From Iphione sp. A-MEVVRFRX5 (Eukaryota), in assembly GCA_976226885.1 (NCBI GenBank), contig OZ320317.1:60202001-60266000 (forward strand): 64,000 bases of DNA. The letters are read 5' to 3'. Shown piece by piece: positions 12,301 through 23,900 of the stretch (positions are counted from its first letter, which is position 1; each line of letters opens with the position of its first letter). Position numbers and translations under genes: made by a program. The notes beneath the pieces are model-generated. The model ran no database searches, was not told the DNA's origin, and saw only the letters and a list, made by a program, of their open reading frames with translations.

Positions 12301-14448
12301 GGATATTAGAGACGGACTCTTTAACAGTATCAACGCCGAGAGATTAGCAAACGCAAAATGTGTTAACGTAGTTTGTGCAGCTCTTCACCAGGCGGCATGA
12401 CAGTCAGTCGCTCCAATTTGTACGCGAGTGACATTTTGATCTTGATTCTTTCTAATGAAAGATTGGCTCGCATTTCACTCTAGAGGTTAAGAGTGAATAT
12501 GAACATATTTCAGGCAGTGTTACACTCAAATGCAACTATATGGACTACATTACCTCAACTGTCACCTAGGCCCTCAATCGAAAAAGTAACGTTACTAAAG
12601 TGGACATTGTGCATGTATACACAGTCTACGTTCAATGCCCATTATTCAGTACGATAAAATATGTTCTCAGAAACCTAAACAGCATTTAGTAAAATAATCA
12701 TGGCTATTTGAAGTTAATGAGGGATTAAAACATTCATATACATAGGCCTACGTATAGGTAGTTGAGGGATATATAAACGTCACGACCATGTTCTGACAGA
12801 GCAAGCGGTATATTTGCTCACACTGCAGCTATTGGATATTCTACCAAGAAAGACTGACGCTGGACGAATATATCCACTTATCATCAAAACACATGGCAAG
12901 TGGGTGTTGCAATATAGATAAACTACGTTTCTTACAAAAGAGTATATTCTAACAAAATATGTTCACAACATTGTATCACTTCTTTTCTGTAGAAAGTTCC
13001 CCTGTGTTTCTGTCATTTTCTTGCCAGAAAATACGTTGAGGCATTTTTTTCAACAGATTCAGGATAGCCTTTTTCAATCTCCTTGTAGTTTAAGCACAGT
13101 TTCAGCATTCATTTTTCAAGGCATCTGCTAATTTGCGTAAGTTGAGTATATGTATAGCACGACAAGCTATACAGATGTGGCTTCAAGTTTTTAATTCTAG
13201 GAATGCTTGATAGTATCATCTGTCAAGATCTTTATCGAAGGGGAAGCAGTCCCGCTTATTTAAAACAGATTTAGACGAATGCAAGAAACTTTTCTAGAAC
13301 ACACGTCAGATGGGAATCGATATCCAAATTGCTTTGAGTTCATTTGCTCTTAAATAGGCAAACAAGTGCATGGTCGAAATGTATAACTCTATCTGAAAAT
13401 GAATTTATGGACCCTGGTACCGAAAAATAAACCATCGTACAATCTGTATTGAAACAAAATCAAATATGAAGCTTTCTGATAGGTTGTATTAAGTGGACGA
13501 TGCACGTAATCACGGCACTCTGGCATGTTTACAGCAGTAGGCCTCCGGTCTAATCTCCATGTACCCATGTTTTCATGTCCATGTCTGGGTCCTCCATGAC
13601 CTGTTTTTTTTTAAATATATGATTATCAACACCAGTGCCTCCATATACATATATACGTGGCCATACCCAATGTTTCACATCGGGACATGTCCCAATTTCC
13701 ATAGAGCATGGATCCGTGTTTAGCAAAGCTGTATATGAAACAGGATCCAGATAGAGGCCCACATGTTAAAAGTATACCTAATTTGCATATCACTTGAATA
13801 GGAACCACACAATTCAGGAGATTTCTTGAGTTATTTGCACGGTTGCACAGTGTTCAATGACTCGTTTTCTCTGTTGTGCAGTTTTCTCATGAATTTACTC
13901 TGTTGTACGGGCAGGGCAGGAGGGGGAGAGATTGAGAGAAAGAGAGAACCAGAGGGGGACAGAGAGACAGTTTGAGAAGTAACAAGGGGGGCAGAGGGAT
14001 GGAGAAATTCTAAATAAAGACCTGGAAAAACGGTTACATTAATTGAAGTACACCTGTCAAGGTTTCCCCCCAACCTCCGTACAAACAGAAATACGGGTTC
14101 ATGGAGATATGATCGAAGTCCCGATTCCAGCACTTTCCTTCGTATCACGTTCTCTTAAGTGTCTGACAATATCTGTTTCTAACCCTTTTCTGTATTTTTC
14201 AACCCTATCAGACAATGTCTTGACGTGGATCATATTGCACTGATTCGTGTTCACGGTCTTGTGTACATACATGTATACACATATACTTGTGGAATACAAA
14301 AGATTCACGAAAATCGCCCGGCACATACGTGCCTTTTGAATACAGAGTTCTTTCATCACGTAGACAAAACCTTATGAATGTTGGACCAAGCCCACCTCTC
14401 AGATACAGCACCTAGTGAGATGCATTACATAGGTTTCATCTAATAGCA

Positions 14449-16251
14449 CTAAGCAGCCGAGACGGTGCGTTGCATGAGCAGTGAAGCCAATGAGCACAAA
14501 CAGAGTAACGCCCTCATGGGCACAGTCCCCGATGGCCCGGCACTGGTACCCTGCCTCACTTTTGCCCAGTCACTCATCGGCAAGGCCCTGCTTGAGCGCC
14601 ACCCTGCCCGCAGTAGGTCCTTGAGGTCTTTTATGAGGATTCGGGTAGTCATTTCCTTGTCCTTCGCTAGGTTGGTGTTCTCTTGCGGGTCAGACATGTG
14701 GTCATAGAGCTCGCTGCCCAGCAGAGGCTGGTCCCACAATGCCTCCTGCGTTTCCATGTTGTAGCGCACCCACTCGGTGTACCTGTATCTGGAGGTACGC
14801 ACGCTGTAGCCCATCGACTGATAGGGTGAGCGGTAGATCTGTGAAAAAGCAGCCCCCTTTGCACCGGGTAAATTGGGGTCGTCCACCAGGCCTGCAAAAC
14901 TCGAACCCTCTCGGCAGACATTCGTGTTTCGAGTCACGGTCGCGTTCTCTGGGCAGAGCTCGATCTCTGGCAGCCCAGCTAGTTCGACCAGGGTCGGAAA
15001 GAGGTCGACCAACTCGACCAGACGGGTACTGACCGCTGGGCGAACGGAGGTGCGTCCGGGCACATGGACGATAAGCGGCACCTGAAGGGCCACCTCGAAG
15101 TTAGTGTTTTTAGTCCACAGGCCATGCTCGCCAAGCTGATAGCCGTGATCACCTAACAGAACAACGACAGTGTCCTTGTCCATCCCCAAGTCCTCCAATG
15201 CTTTCAGCACTCGTCCGATCTGGTAATCAACATAGCTAACAGAAGCATAATAGTGTCGCCGAAGGTTCTTTACAACCCTCGGCGGCAGGTTGGACCTCTC
15301 AGCACCATTCCAGGCGAGTTCGCTGATGTCGTCGTAGCCACGTAGCTCCGAGCCCGTGAACCAGGCCACGTTGGGCATATTACTCGGAGGATCGGGATTC
15401 TCGGGTTGGGGTACCTGATTACTGGGATACACATCCAGGTAGCGGCTCGGCACAATGAACGGCAAGTGTGGCAGGCGGAAACCCACTGCCATGAAGAAGC
15501 GGCTGCCATCGTCGACTACTTCCGGTGCTATCTGGCGGAGCGTATCGACGGCCTTAGTGGCGATCTCCTCGTCTCGGAGGGGGTAGTCAAAAGAGGTGTT
15601 GTATGAGCGGTAGCTGTTCTTCTTCCGAAACATGTTCCAGTAGCCCTCACTTTCGGCATGGTAGTAAGGGAAACGATTTAATGTCCACGACTGTGGGTCG
15701 TCGTTGTCGGATGCGCGGCGGCCGGGGTGGAACACTTTGCCCATGCCAATCGACAGGTAGCCCTCGTTCTTGAAGTACTGGGGGATGGAGTAGAAGTCGC
15801 CTGCAGCACGTCGCCAAAACGTCGTACTGTCGTGTACTCGGGTGGTGTCAGGCCTTCGACCTGTCAGAAACGACGTCCGACTAGGCGAGCACAGAGCCAC
15901 CTGGGCGTAGGCACGACCGAGCACCAGACTCTTGCTGGCCAGCTCGTCAATGTTCGGGGTATACATGAGTGGCATGGTCTCGAGACCAATACCGAGGTCC
16001 GTGTAGACGTCCAACTGTGGCCTTAAGTCATCCGCGATGAGTAGCAGGACGTTCTTTCTCGTGTCCGCTGCCACAACTGGCCCCAAGCACAGAACCAGCG
16101 CTAACCAGCACAGCACGAGAAGCATGTTGAGGGAGGCCATGCTAGATCCACGGCGATCTGACTGGACGGGCGCCCCGATGTAATCCATAGCGAGAGTCCT
16201 GTGGCGGGGATGAAACGTCCCCATGTGCACAGCTAGATGGGCCAGAGCCAT
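14449..16251 (-). CDS. IDS: Iduronate-2-sulfatase-like formylglycine sulfatase, single coding exon (start at 16251 or 16140)
   Basis: Uninterrupted 600-aa ORF. Motifs: NVLLLIADDLRP, formylglycine motif CSPSRTSFLTGRRPDT, GKVFHPG, GF..PHLPF, YYASVSYVD..IG, GDHG..LGEHG.W.K, ELYDH..DP.E..N. A signal-peptide-like segment follows Met at 16140. IDS-like rather than proven orthologue. Confidence 0.88.
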   Translation of the reverse strand: MALAHLAVHMGTFHPRHRTLAMDYIGAPVQSDRRGSSMASLNMLLVLCWLALVLCLGPVVAADTRKNVLLLIADDLRPQLDVYTDLGIGLETMPLMYTPNIDELASKSLVLGRAYAQVALCSPSRTSFLTGRRPDTTRVHDSTTFWRRAAGDFYSIPQYFKNEGYLSIGMGKVFHPGRRASDNDDPQSWTLNRFPYYHAESEGYWNMFRKKNSYRSYNTSFDYPLRDEEIATKAVDTLRQIAPEVVDDGSRFFMAVGFRLPHLPFIVPSRYLDVYPSNQVPQPENPDPPSNMPNVAWFTGSELRGYDDISELAWNGAERSNLPPRVVKNLRRHYYASVSYVDYQIGRVLKALEDLGMDKDTVVVLLGDHGYQLGEHGLWTKNTNFEVALQVPLIVHVPGRTSVRPAVSTRLVELVDLFPTLVELAGLPEIELCPENATVTRNTNVCREGSSFAGLVDDPNLPGAKGAAFSQIYRSPYQSMGYSVRTSRYRYTEWVRYNMETQEALWDQPLLGSELYDHMSDPQENTNLAKDKEMTTRILIKDLKDLLRAGWRSSRALPMSDWAKVRQGTSAGPSGTVPMRALLCLCSLASLLMQRTVSAA

Positions 16252-16369
16252 GGTGCCGACTGCAAGGTAACAGGAGTGTTCATGTTGAGGATATCCTTTG
16301 TTTTTTTAACACTTAATCAAATCAGCAAACCGTATCTTTGCCCTAAATAGCCTCATAGGGATGTGGTCG

Positions 16370-16960
16370 GGAGTGTCGGGGTCGTGCCCACGCCCGCTAT
16401 AAGTAGTGGTGCTGGGTCATGCCTCCCCTGCGCCATGTCTCCTGTCACAGACAAAGCACGCGCTCGCATTCTGCCTCCCCTTCCATAGCGCACCAACCCC
16501 TACCCACCGACCACCCTCGGCATCATGACTCCGCATCACAGAGGGAAGCCGGTAAGCACAAAAAAAATCAAACCTCATGCGTTTCCTCTTGTTGCGATAT
16601 ACTCCAATGCATAAGCGTATGGTCGATACGGTGATCCAGACCGTCTCGATTTAGAGCCGCCGTCTGTTCTGACTGAGTGAATTGGAGCGAGCCCTCCGTT
16701 GTAGCTCTCACAGCCCCCTGGCGTTGTTGGCGCCTAGCTTCTGTGTGCTTGGGCGGCGACCACCACCACCACCACCACTCCCAGCAGCCGTGCAGCCTGT
16801 CTTTGTATGTCAGCCACGTTGCCTGTCTACCCCTCGCGCAACAACCAGCAATACCGGCGCCGGCGAAAGCGCGCCAAAATTTAGCCGAGGCAGATGACTT
16901 TTTCCATATCTCGGGTAGCCATGCCGGCTGTGCGTACGAGACGCCCGTGATTCAACAACG
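16370..16960. promoter_or_regulatory. GC/CpG-rich segment upstream of the sulfatase (possible promoter region)
   Basis: Local CpG enrichment against AT-rich flanks. A minus-strand acceptor (CTTGCAG) lies 8 nt before the strong-Kozak ATG at 16251, implying an upstream 5' UTR exon. Confidence 0.35.
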
Positions 16961-19584
16961 GACACAAAAAAAACATGCTACAATCGCAGTGAGCATGGAC
17001 TTAAAAGACGAGAGATGTGCTACTGTGCTTGATCCTGGAAATATGTAGTCTAATTGTGTGCATGATAAAACAGACACTGTTCGTTACAGTGCAAGGAGTG
17101 AAAATCGTTTGCTGAAGAAACCTCAATTAATAACTCACAGTTGCTGTAGTTAATTAATGACGGATGGAACATTATTTGAATGAATTTCCATTACTTTGTG
17201 ATAAGATTGGGGAGTTAATTCTATCAAAATGTGATTTCGTGAACTTTCAAAAATAGTTGTTGGTCCGGCGTTTGAATTCACTTAAAAAGTGTTAATTCTC
17301 TTCTGCACTTAAACATAATGATTCTATTGATGAATGCTATTTGTTTCCTTTGAATGATTAAATCAGTACACCGAAGGGCTGTTCTAATATGAGACTTACG
17401 CAAGTCATTGTCACAAAAGATTTCAAACTGAGGCTGAGGGGTGTGACGGTGGGTGATGCCGGTGGGTGGGAGCGGAGCTGGGGTGTGGTGGGGGCAAGGC
17501 TTGGGGGTTTGACAGGAATGAAACACATCTGCTGCTGCTGGACCATAGTGAATGGGTTGTGCCGCGCTTATTATCATGTAACTGGGTCACTCGTGGCTAG
17601 CACATGGATACATTAGCGTCCCGCGATCAGTCTTTGTCTGAGCACTTCCTCGTCCTTGCAGTTGTCCTCACACGGGCTATAACGTCTAGGAACTTCCCTC
17701 TAACCTTTGAGGATGAATCATCAGCCTTCAGTCAGCCTGCACGGGCTCCAGACGAAGAACCTCTGGAAAGGTCCTCATTCATGAGTATCATCATTTTATT
17801 CAGAAAACCTATTAACATGTTTGATACCAGCACGGCAGCTTCATTATGAAAACTTTTGTATGTAGCAACCCTTAAAAATCATCATTTCATTTTAAAATTT
17901 TCTTTTAGAAATAAACGTAATGCCCGTAGTTGGGAGCCCACCATCACAAATTATGGCTGTCCCTCAATGGCGTTATCAATGAAATTGTGGCAAGGGCAGG
18001 GCGACGACAAGCACTATTCGCCAGTATCTACTTTAAAACTCACACCCATTGGTGACATGAATAAACGTTTACGAAATGTACACGGAGAACACGACGCAGA
18101 GAGCCCAAGAATAGAATTACGCCAGATGTTACCAAGATATACAGACAATATATGTAGATTTGTATTCCCATCTAGCTTGTTGTGGCTCCGGTGCGCCTCT
18201 ATATCTTAGACACAGATTATTATTCAATCAAGATTCAAGATTTAAGAAATTTTTATTAACCAAGTCTCCACTTTTACATAGAGCTCTTCTTAATTAACGA
18301 ATGAATCTATATGTGCTCAACAGTACATCAGGAATATTGTATGTAGCATGAACGAACTATCCTGTATCAATACACGCGATAAAAATATATGATATATTAG
18401 CAAAAACGTATCTGAGAAAGATTAGTACACGCACCATAAAGCAACGAAATCACAGATAGATGAATTTCCATTCGCAACACTATTCCCAGGAGGACAAGAT
18501 GTTTTGCCCATAGCTAATCTTGTACTTTCAGACATCTAAGCATAGACAGGTATCACAGAAATATATTACCGCTGAATGAAGATTGCAAAAAATTACAATT
18601 GTGGTAGAGAACTGCTGTTCTGTACGACGAGACGTGAATAAGGACATTTGTATTTGTATTTGTAATTTACATAAAGGGATCAAGCCTTTACGTCAGTATT
18701 GCAGGTAGTCTACAAATATATCTTGATCATCTGAAAGTTCACATTGATCACAGGAGGTGTATAAAAAATGTAGTGGGTTACAATAGTCATATACATGTAT
18801 GCTTTTGACTACACTACAAATTGCAAGTTCTAGTATCAGCTTACGACCGAAACAATGTCGCGTTAGTTATACTGACGCACACACCAAACACATAAGGTCC
18901 CCCGGGGAGTGTCAGACCAAGAAATATGACTTTTGTTAAGAACGAGACAGAAAGATTATACACTATGACGCAATGTATGCTCGCAAAAATCCAACAGCCG
19001 GATCATGGGTAGCCAGGCGTCTCTTTATTGCAGTGCAGGAAATAGACGTTTGAAACAGTAAGTTGTCTTGTCGCATGCACTGAGTGCTGAACACATCACG
19101 CCATATTCCAACAACTGCTGACATAAGCCGTGCATGGCTCGGACAGCGGCCAAGCCACAGGACCATGAGAAGCGATGGTCAGCGATATTGCTGCTCCTCC
19201 GCAGCCCTTTTGACCTATCGCTCGGTGGCTTGGATATTGTCCAACACAGGTTGGGTGTGGAGGGGGGGGGGGGTTTCAAGTTGTCGCCGATAACACATCA
19301 CCAAAACTTCAAAATGCCCATGTTGCTGAAAAGAGGAAGCAGATAACGCTTCATCAAGAATTGTTTCTCTGATAGCGCATCACCAGTAAATCCTAAATAA
19401 CATTTGGTGCACAATTTAAAGGGCAAACAATGGTTCGCGGGGAATTAAAAGCCCCATTGCCGCTTCCATAAAATAGTTCATACGCCCTGTTCCAACCTTC
19501 AATTGTCTTTGCATCATGGAGCCACTAAAACCTTGGTAAGTGGAGGTCATGTCTGCTTATAGTACTGTTTAAATTAGAGTGGTG

Positions 19585-19681
19585 AGTAGTAGTAAATAGT
19601 AAGCAGAGAATAGTGTGTTGACTATGCTAATAAGATCAAACATTTTCCCCCCCACCCTAAGCCCCTCCCAGTGGGATCTGT
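19585..19681 (+). repeat. Left terminal inverted repeat (97 bp)
   Basis: Exact reverse complement of 41867-41960 except for one extra terminal AGT unit. Confidence 0.95.
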
Positions 19682-19952
19682 TTATTCGGGAACTGGGCTA
19701 GCCACGACAAGTGTATGCATAGTGTACATAAGTGCTTACCACCATCAGAAAGGTTTGGACGAGAGCTTTCCAAACCAGATGTGAACCGGTGAAGGTTGTT
19801 AACGTAAATGACAGAATGGGGGCTATGACTTGAGTTCACTGGGTGGTGGAATAGTCCATGTGAAGGTGGGGAAGGTAGCGGAACAGACATGTGAATATGG
19901 GAAGGAAGGCTAGCGTGACAGAGCTCCCTTTCTTATGACTCGGAGGATTGTG

Positions 19953-20050
19953 TCCCCACATTCAATCCCCACCTCAAGCTTGAGGTGGGAATTGAATGTG
20001 GGGAAGTGTTTTATCTTTGGTTTTGATTTCAGGAACCCCTAGGGGTTCCT
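19953..20050. repeat. Two subterminal palindromes (52 bp and 20 bp)
   Basis: 19953-20004 is TCCCCACATTCAATCCCCACCTCAAG|CTTGAGGTGGGAATTGAATGTGGGGA (26-bp arms, 1 mismatch, no loop). 20031-20050 is AGGAACCCCT|AGGGGTTCCT (perfect). Confidence 0.9.
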
Positions 20051-20379
20051 TCCAAAAATTGTGATTTGCTTTCCAGTTGTAGTTTCTCCTTATCCTTATT
20101 GAATGTGTGGGTATCGGTTTCACGTCGTTGTCACTAATTTTTTTGTAGCACGCAGGAGGTGTTTTGAAGGGCGAATGCGATGAATTTAACTTACAGTAGT
20201 GCTAGAGAGGTTTAAAATTCCATTCTACCTACCTAAACTTTGTAGAAGTGTTTGTCCTTTAGTTTTCTTGCTTGTAAGATCTTTTAGATATACTTAAAGG
20301 TGTATATATGAGCTTCAGTCTCGCTGACTCTTCCGAAACTGTCCTGCAGCGCCAAAACCTGCTGTAGTAAGTTTGGGAA

Positions 20380-20580
20380 CTAGGAATTTCCCGAGAGAGG
20401 TCGCCTCTGTGCTAGATTGTTTGGCGAAGTAAGCGGTGGTGGTGGTGGCGGCGGCGGCAGGGCTCCGCTAAAGTGTAAGTGACCCCCAACCTTCTCCAAA
20501 GACGACTGGATAAGATATGATGGGTTGAAGGGAAGGACCCATAAGATAAGTACGAATATAAACAACACCCAATTCCACAT
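20380..20580 (-). CDS. Possible small secreted or membrane peptide with a poly-Pro tract
   Basis: 66-aa ATG ORF with a hydrophobic N-terminus (MWNWVLFIFVLILWVLP) and eight prolines, divergent from polB. No recognisable homology. Confidence 0.35.
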   Translation of the reverse strand: MWNWVLFIFVLILWVLPFNPSYLIQSSLEKVGGHLHFSGALPPPPPPPPLTSPNNLAQRRPLSGNS

Positions 20581-20637
20581 ACAAGTAGATGAAATGTTTC
20601 TTAACCCATAACGTGATCTGACTAATTTTTTGGTGAT

Positions 20638-20796
20638 TATTCAGTATACAGAGTAAATATCTGATCCTGCGTGAAAGGACTTCGAGAATGTTTTCTTAAC
20701 CTACAATACGATCTATATTCAGTATACAGAGTAAATATCTGATCCTGCGTGAAAGGACTTCGAGAATGTTTTCTTAACCTACAATACGATCTATAT
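20638..20796. repeat. Perfect 78-bp tandem duplication upstream of polB
   Basis: The unit TCAGTATACAGAGTAAATATCTGATCC...CGATCTATAT starts at 20641 and again at 20719. Confidence 0.92.
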
Positions 20797-20907
20797 AACA
20801 TGATTCAACAGTTATTCAATCCTTTCATTTAGCATTAGTATAGTACTGCTTTCACTTTGAGAGGGATCTTTCAAGACTTCATTTCAATCAATAGAACTTA
20901 AAAGAAG

Positions 20908-23900
20908 ATGGAAAGTAGTTTGAGTGGATGCGCATGGAGTGATATTGCTCTGGAGAATTATGTTGAATCCTGTTACGACGCTGACAGATTGCGCTCGTGG
21001 GCAAGATCTGAAGGATTATTGGATCACCCAATTGTTATATCTAGACTTCAGGAACTGGACAATAATGTGGTAAGTAATAGTCAATTAAGATTTTTAATAA
21101 TAATAATAATAATAATAATGATGTTCATAATAATTTCTTTTTTCAATTGTAGATCTCTCAACCTAGTGATCAATTTTGTTTCTCAATGGAGGAGTGGAAG
21201 GAATTACTGTCTAGCTTTGACGATATGGAGGAACTGAATGACTTTATAGTTAGCAACAATCTCCATATAGATGGAGAGGTCCAGAAACGGAGACAAGAAC
21301 TGAAGGAGGTAAGTATTGATTTAGATAAAGTTAAAAGTTCTTTCGCTCTATATATTTGCTTTAGTCTATTGTTGATTCATTTCTCTTCTTTTTTCTTTTT
21401 ATAGCAAAGCCAAGATCGCAACGGAGAGACAAGGCATGAGAGAAATAAGCCTGAAGAATTTACATGTAGAAGCTGTCACTCACATTTTAGTTCAAGACGT
21501 GAGCTTTATTTACATCAGGGACTTCAACATGGAGGAGGAGGGTCTAATGAATTTCAAGACGTTCCATGGCAAACCAAAGCTCCTTGGGTGAATGATAATG
21601 GTGATATTGATGATGACTTGAAGCGAACCTATGATGCTAATCGAAAACATATTTTAAGTTCTCATGAGCATGGTATTATAAATAGCGTGTATAATTTTCC
21701 TACCAATGATTTGGAGAACGGGGTGGGTGAATTAATGCAACATTTTGATGAAGTATACGTACAACAAACAGAAACATTTAAAATGGATATCGCCTTTGGA
21801 ATGATTTTACAGCATGCTGAAACGGAACAGTATCGTTATTTTATCCCATACCATAATATAACTTTATTTGGAGCTCCTGTTAGCTTATCTTCAATTAGAG
21901 ATTTGGATTTGATAAGACAGAGGATTAGAAATTTGGATTTGGAACTCTATTTTAAGCAACAGAGACCGGACACTAAGTGGAAGCTTGTTTTAGTAACCAA
22001 CATTGTCTATTATGTTACTAAAACAGGGCATTTGTTGGGGAAGGGTGTTCTACCAGACTATGTTAAACGTAAGCATTGTATTGAAGGGCTTGAACATCCT
22101 CCAAATAATAGGAAGCATTATTATAATGATTCTCTTTGCATATTTCTCTGCCTAGCTCTCCACAGAGGACAGAATCATAATATTGCAAGTTCTGTAAGGG
22201 TATATTATGATCAATGGCGAACATTTTTGGGTGGTTCTATTCCTCGCAATGCTAAACTTTATAAAGGTATCCAGTATGAAGAACTAACAGATTTTGAGCG
22301 CTGTTTCAATGTCTCTCTCTATATCTATGAATTACAACCCGATGATGTTGCTGTTTTACGCTATAAACCTTCAACCAGATTTAAATCTATTATGTACCTT
22401 AATCAGTATGCCTCTCATTTATCTTTTATAATAAACTTTAATGTATATGCTTCAAAATTTCAGTGTGAATCATGCAAGAAGCATTTCAGTCGTCATTTTA
22501 ATTTTAAACGTCATATAGTTTCCTGCGAACATAGGACCAAATATAATTTTCCAGGAGGCTTTTTCACACCTCCTCAAACAGTATTTGAAGAGTTGGAACA
22601 ATTTGGTATAAATGTTAGTGCTGAAGACAGGTTCTTTCCATGGTTCGCAGTTTTTGATTTTGAAGCGATTTTAGAAAGGATCGAGGAGCAAAGTTCCCAA
22701 AAATTATGTTGGAGTCAAAAACATCAGCCTGTATCAGTATCATTATGCAGCAATGTTGATGGTTTTGAAGCAGCTCATTGCATTATAAATTCAGATTTAG
22801 ATGAGATCTTGCAACAAATGTTCAATTATCTTGAAGATATACAAAGAACTGTTCACCATTTAGCCAAAATGAAATGGGGTAGATATTTAGACGAGCTGCT
22901 TTCAATGATGAAAGCTTGGGCTCCTGATCAAGGAGAGGAGGAGGAGGAGGAGGAGGAGGAGGAGACAGAAGAGGAGGAGGAGGAGGAGGAGGAGGAGGAG
23001 GAGGGCTTAACTCATGAGGGTAATTTGTTCATGTTCCGTCAACTAAAGATGTTGAAGCAAAAATTCATTAACTATATGGAACAGTTACCAGTAATTGGTT
23101 TTAACTCATCGAATTATGATATTAACTTGATTAAGTCTAAGTTATTTGGATATTTTGAGTTTGAGCAAGAAGGTAACCATGGATATGTAATAAAGAAAAA
23201 TAATTCATATTTAAACATATCTAATGATAAGTTCAGATTCCTTGATATATCTCAATTTTTAGCACCTGGCTGCTCGTATGCAAAATTTTTGAAGGCGTAC
23301 GAAGTAGAAGAGACCAAAGGCTTTTTTCCATATGAATACTTTGATTCATTTGATCGACTAGCTGAAACTTCTTTACCACCTCATGATGCTTTTTATTCAA
23401 ATTTAAAGGGTTGTAATATTTCTGTTGAAGAGTATTCATGCCTTCAAAAGGTTTGGCGAGAGGAGAATATGCAAACATTTAAAGATTTTCTAGTCTGGTA
23501 CAACAACAAAGATGTACTACCATTTATAACTGCTTTACACAAACTTCAAAATTTTTATTTTGAAAGAGAGTTGGATGTATTTAAAATAGCGATATCTGTT
23601 CCAGGAATAGCAAGGCGACTCTTATTTCAATGCTGTAAAGATTCAAAGGCATATTTCCAAATTTTTGGTTCTGAAGATGAAGATTTATACAGAACTTTTA
23701 AAAAGAATATTGTAGGGGGTCCTTCTGTCATTTTCAAGAGATATCACAAAAGAAATGAAACATTAATACGGGGAAGAAAAATATGCAAAAAGATTCTCGG
23801 ATTTGATGCAAATGCATTATATCTCTGGGCGATAGGTCAGGACATGCCTACAGGGATTTATGTCAGACGATTGGAAACAACAAGCTTTTGTCCAGAAAGA

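Noticed and set aside
9900-13500. Decayed coding sequence on the minus strand
   Set aside because: Short stop-riddled stretches look protein-like, but I could not assign any motif or consistent frame. A translated search would be needed.
14449-16251. Bacterial contamination or recent horizontal transfer of the sulfatase
   Set aside because: It has a eukaryotic Kozak context, an upstream splice acceptor and IDS-like Cys-containing C-terminal segments. Lack of introns alone is not evidence, and a phylogeny would be needed.
17358-17546. Upstream coding exon of the sulfatase
   Set aside because: A GTAAGT donor exists near 17399, but joining it to the 16259 acceptor is out of frame with the sulfatase ATG. 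At most it is a UTR exon or uORF.
19682-19900. Extension of the TIRs beyond ~95 bp
   Set aside because: Only patchy similarity (TTGGACGAG, CAGACATG) to the right subterminal region, with no continuous alignment.
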